NCBI GenBank assembly: GCA_002841865.1
Contig: PHBD01000006.1
Location: forward strand, 39,883 to 103,882
DNA: 64,000 nucleotides
Direction of reading: 5' to 3'
Origin: Deltaproteobacteria bacterium HGW-Deltaproteobacteria-19
GTDB taxonomy: Bacteria > Desulfobacterota > Syntrophia > Syntrophales > PHBD01
Each line of letters opens with the position of its first letter. Position 1 is the first letter of the stretch. Shown here one piece after another: positions 62,486-64,000 of the stretch. Position numbers and translations under genes: made by a program. The notes under the pieces were generated by a model. The model saw only the letters and a list, made by a program, of their open reading frames with translations. It searched no databases and was not told the DNA's origin.

Positions 62486-63394
62486 ATGCCGATGAAGGAT
62501 CACCCGAACCAATTGGCCGACCTGTTGGATCTTGAGGATCATGATGCCGTCATCGGTGAGATCCGCCTCATCGCCTCCCTTGCCTTTCCGCATTTTAACT
62601 ATGGGACGTTCGACCAGGCTTATGGAGACATCGTCAGGCTTTTTCGCGGGGAATATCCGGGCTATCGCCACTCGAATGTGGATTACCATGACCTGAGTCA
62701 TACCCTGGCGGTTACCCTTGCCATAACCCGCCTGATGCACGGAGCGATTGAGGCGAGTTATCCCCTCACGGAGAAGGAATTCAACATCGGCCTCACCTGC
62801 GGTCTGATGCACGATACCGGTTATATTCAGCGCAGCGGCGACACAGAGGGAACCGGCGCAAAGTACACGCTTGTTCACATCAACCGAAGCGTCGACTTCA
62901 TTGTACAATATTACCAAAACGAGCCCATGTTCCATGAAGAGCTTCCCTTCTTCAACGATATCCTGCAGTGTACCGGACTCAACACCAAAATCGAGGAAAT
63001 ACAATTCCCGAATGAGCGCATCAAGCTCCTGGGGCAGATGCTGGGCACGGCGGATCTGCTGGGACAGATGGCTGATCGGCATTACCTGGAAAAACTGCTG
63101 GATCTCTATTACGAGTTCCTTGAAGCCGGGATCACGGCTTATACGAGCCAGCTGGACCTGCTGGAGAAAACCCGGGGGTTCTTTCAGATGACCCGGAAGC
63201 GGTTCAGAGAAGAACTGGGAGATGCGTATCTTTACAGCCGACATCATTTCCGGAAACGATGGAACATCGACGAAGACCTTTATATGAACAGCATTGAAAA
63301 GAACTTGAACTACCTGGATTATCTGGTAACCCATCGCCGGGATGAATACCAGGCGCACCTGCGCAGACTGATTTGCAGGAGAATGCGTGCCTGA
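62486..63394 (+). CDS. HD-domain phosphohydrolase-like protein
   Basis: 'VDYHDLSHTLAV' and 'GLMHDTGYI' give the H...HD...D metal-binding pattern. Start options are TTG 62474 and ATG 62486 or 62492. Confidence 0.7.
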   Translation: MPMKDHPNQLADLLDLEDHDAVIGEIRLIASLAFPHFNYGTFDQAYGDIVRLFRGEYPGYRHSNVDYHDLSHTLAVTLAITRLMHGAIEASYPLTEKEFNIGLTCGLMHDTGYIQRSGDTEGTGAKYTLVHINRSVDFIVQYYQNEPMFHEELPFFNDILQCTGLNTKIEEIQFPNERIKLLGQMLGTADLLGQMADRHYLEKLLDLYYEFLEAGITAYTSQLDLLEKTRGFFQMTRKRFREELGDAYLYSRHHFRKRWNIDEDLYMNSIEKNLNYLDYLVTHRRDEYQAHLRRLICRRMRA

Positions 63395-63530
63395 CGCAAG
63401 GGCAGGACCGCCTTTCCCAAATGAGAAAAGGCTTGCTTTATCCATGTCGATGGGATAGAAGGCGACTCTTTTTTAGGACAGACTCCTTGTCCGGGCATCC
63501 TGCCCGGGCTGAATAGCCGTGAGGAGGTAA

Positions 63531-64000
63531 ATGAAATTGAGGAGATATGAGACAGTTTTCATCATCCATCCGGACCTGAACGACGAGGAAGTGAGCGCGC
63601 TGACGGATCGTTATTGCGAAATCATCGCAGCTTACAAGGGCGTTCTGGTGAAGGTGGACCGATGGGGAAAGCGTAAGCTTGCGTACCTGATTCGCAAGCA
63701 GTCGAAAGGGACTTACGTCCTCCTGGACTATGCCGGGTCGAGTGCCGTTGTTTCCGAAATGGAGCGGAACTTCAAGATCGACGATCATGTTCTCAAATAC
63801 ATGACGATCCTGAAGAACGAGAACGTCAGCCTGCAGGATCTGGAGAAGGAAGCCACCCAGAGCAAGGAAAAGGCTGAGGGTTCGACAGCGGAAACGTCGG
63901 GAGCCCCTTCCGAAACAAGGGCTCCGTTGACGGTTGTTTCACCGGCATCATTGTCGGCTCAACCGGCAGCTCAACCGGCAGTTCAACCGGCAGCTCAGCC
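63531..64000 (+). CDS. rpsF: 30S ribosomal protein S6 with Ala/Pro/Gln-rich C-terminal extension (3' end outside the window)
   Basis: My translation from ATG 63531 (GAGGAGG upstream) gives 'MKLRRYETVFIIHPDLNDEEVSALTDRY...VDRWGKRKLAYLIRKQSKGTYVLL...'. It is still open at 64000, so it is absent from the ORF track. Confidence 0.9.
   Translation, partial: MKLRRYETVFIIHPDLNDEEVSALTDRYCEIIAAYKGVLVKVDRWGKRKLAYLIRKQSKGTYVLLDYAGSSAVVSEMERNFKIDDHVLKYMTILKNENVSLQDLEKEATQSKEKAEGSTAETSGAPSETRAPLTVVSPASLSAQPAAQPAVQPAAQ
63957..64000 (+). repeat. 12-bp tandem repeat inside the rpsF tail
   Basis: GCTCAACCGGCA GCTCAACCGGCA GTTCAACCGGCA GCTCAGCC..., encoding (AQPA)n. The array runs off the window. Confidence 0.85.

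Noticed and set aside
1-64000. Search for tRNA, rRNA, transposase/IS, integrase, phage or toxin-antitoxin genes.
   Set aside because: I recognised none in any frame or intergenic region. The hairpin at 59-91 superficially resembles a T-arm but is a simple terminator.

Overview
This is a high-GC, densely coding 64-kb chromosomal segment. Its gene content looks like an anaerobic bacterium that metabolises fatty acids and 2-oxoacids, possibly a Desulfobacterota or syntroph-like organism; that taxonomic guess is inference only. All family calls rest on motif recognition by eye, with no searches run.

I can support about 61 protein-coding genes, plus a set of hairpins or terminators, sigma70-like promoters and a family of intergenic palindromic repeats. 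I saw no rRNA, tRNA, CRISPR array, transposase or phage genes.

Gene order along the window:
- cstA, divergent from an XRE-cupin regulator and a porG-(gltD-like::porD fusion)-porA-porB 2-oxoacid oxidoreductase operon
- patatin-like lipoprotein
- TetR regulator plus two acyl-CoA dehydrogenases
- a repeat-filled 500-bp gap
- Cys-rich Fe-S protein, amphi-Trp protein and DUF169 protein, then a TRAP transporter (dctPQM)
- BASS-family transporter
- FabH-like KAS III, ACP and class I PhaC
- panE, mliC, NIL-ferredoxin
- mtaB, rnc, radical SAM protein, MCP, era
- MFS transporter
- PD40 beta-propeller lipoprotein with a CxxCH motif
- livK-H-M-G, then an opposite-strand PilZ + PilT-like ATPase pair, then livF
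- QueG-like Fe-S protein, orphan substrate-binding protein, EamA transporter
- B12-dependent acyl-CoA mutase (isobutyryl-CoA-mutase-like signature) with small subunit, MeaB and adenosyltransferase
- DUF2284 and C_GCAxxG_C_C proteins
- ACAD plus a two-subunit CoA-transferase
- YcaO plus a small acidic protein
- thiolase and hbd
- STAS / RsbW-like kinase / GNAT-like protein / Cache-HAMP-PP2C partner-switching cluster
- HD-domain protein
- rpsF (truncated by the window end)

Most interesting candidates for undescribed biology:
- the orphan YcaO + acidic-protein pair embedded in beta-oxidation genes
- the sigma-less partner-switching operon carrying a GNAT-like enzyme
- the PilZ/PilT-like pair that splits the liv operon
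- the FabH-ACP-PhaC trio
- the NAD(P)H-oxidoreductase::delta-ferredoxin fusion inside the OFOR operon
- the 120-bp palindromic repeat family
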